64,000 nucleotides of DNA from Isurus oxyrinchus (taxonomy: Eukaryota), in assembly GCA_026770705.1 (NCBI GenBank), contig JANJGN010000009.1, positions 124,682,001 to 124,746,000 of the forward strand, in the 5' to 3' direction. Made by a program: the position numbers and the translations under genes. Shown piece by piece: positions 62,892-64,000 of the stretch (position 1 is the stretch's first letter; the number at the start of each line of letters is the position of its first letter). Below the pieces are notes generated by a model that worked only from the letters and a program-made list of their open reading frames with translations, had not been told where the DNA came from and searched no databases.

Positions 62892-63712
62892 GGGCTGAAT
62901 TTCATGGGGGCATGGGGTGCGCATTGCTCGCCCCTCCATTCCAAGAGTCGCAGGTGATGGAGCTAAAAAACAAGCCTGCCCGTTAATGATAATGCACTGC
63001 CAGCAGGTTAAACAGGCTGAGAGTGGGACTTCTGGCTCTCAGTCGGAGGAAATCCTGCCCTCGAGGTCTGCCAGACAATCTGATTGGCTGGCAGCTCAAG
63101 GAGTCCCTGCAGTGCCGGGACAGAGTAGTGGGCGCAGCTGGGACTGCAAGCAGGCCCACAAAGAACATGCATGCATCACAGAACCAGTGGAGTCCCTGGC
63201 TTTTAAGGCAGGGAAGGGATTGTGCAGTCTAGTGGGGGTGGGTTCTGGAAGCCAGGTGGGCAGGAACAAGGGCTGAGGGGGTTATATCTTGGGAGGGCTG
63301 GGGGGGGGGGGGGGGGGGGGGGGGGGATTGCTGCCAATGCACAAAAGGCACCCCCCAAATGCCATGCCCCCTTACTGCCTTTCTTCCAGCCTTTCCAAAA
63401 CTTTTTTTCAAAAGTGGGCTCCCCACTCCCACTTACCTGTGCACGTCAACCATTTTAGGACGTGGGCAGTGTGAAATATGGGTCAATGAGCTTGGTAACA
63501 AGCTCAATTGCCCGTTAATTATTTTTGCAAAAATGGTGGGCATGGCACCAATTTTGCCACCTGCCCACCAACTGTATTATGGGGACCGGGACTGGGTCAG
63601 GGATGGATGGGAAGGTGGTAAGCTTTCCACCCCTCGTATTTTAAGTGACCCCACCCCCAGCCCGCTGAAAGCATGACCAGTGGGGGTGAGGTGGGACTGT
63701 AAAATCCGGCCT
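62892..63712. mobile_element. Harbinger-type MITE
   Basis: TIRs gggctgaatttc / aaaatccggcct; flanks att/ctt; internal poly-G. Confidence 0.7.
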
Positions 63713-64000
63713 CTTGTAGATTGTAGAAAGGAAATAATACTGCAGGAATTAAGGATTGGTCCAATTTTGAGGTTCTGGAAAAGAATAATTTTGAGTTGGA
63801 GATGAGGTTTTTATTGCTGTTCTGAAGAAGGGTTGGACAATCCTCCCTGAATCGGAGTCTTTTGATTTTGCCTCTGGTCCCCTCTAGCCACTGGCTGGCT
63901 TATCTCATTTGCATGTGACCTGATGTATGGTATAGGTCATTGCACATTGAAGACATCAAGACAGATTTGAAAGAACTGGACCAAGACAGCCAGGAAAATG

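Overview
Eukaryotic vertebrate genomic DNA. The repeat landscape (CR1 LINEs with an esterase ORF1, Deu-domain SINEs, Neptune-type Penelope elements, two-gene Harbinger transposons) suggests a cartilaginous fish; this is inference. The only host gene I can support is a TCP11-family gene on the minus strand: its last six coding exons (62491 to 50672) have GT-AG sites and mutually consistent phases, and its 5' exons lie beyond the window. The rest is mostly transposon-derived. Highlights: (1) a five-level nested insertion at 2579-14198 (Harbinger > DeuSINE > Harbinger > Harbinger > SINE); (2) a young, nearly intact Penelope-like element (23958-27960) with a 12-bp TSD, inverted plus tandem pLTRs and three copies of a minimal hammerhead ribozyme with a variant core; (3) an ORF1-less CR1/Zenon-like LINE (32044-35302) that starts with a tRNA-derived A/B-box head and has a matching internally deleted SINE elsewhere in the window; (4) Harbinger elements that duplicate AAT/ATT rather than TWA; (5) fold-back mini-elements built from Penelope 3' ends, one enclosing a 30-bp satellite; (6) a divergent pair of CTCF-consensus motifs downstream of TCP11. 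All family assignments come from motif recognition by eye; no database search was run.
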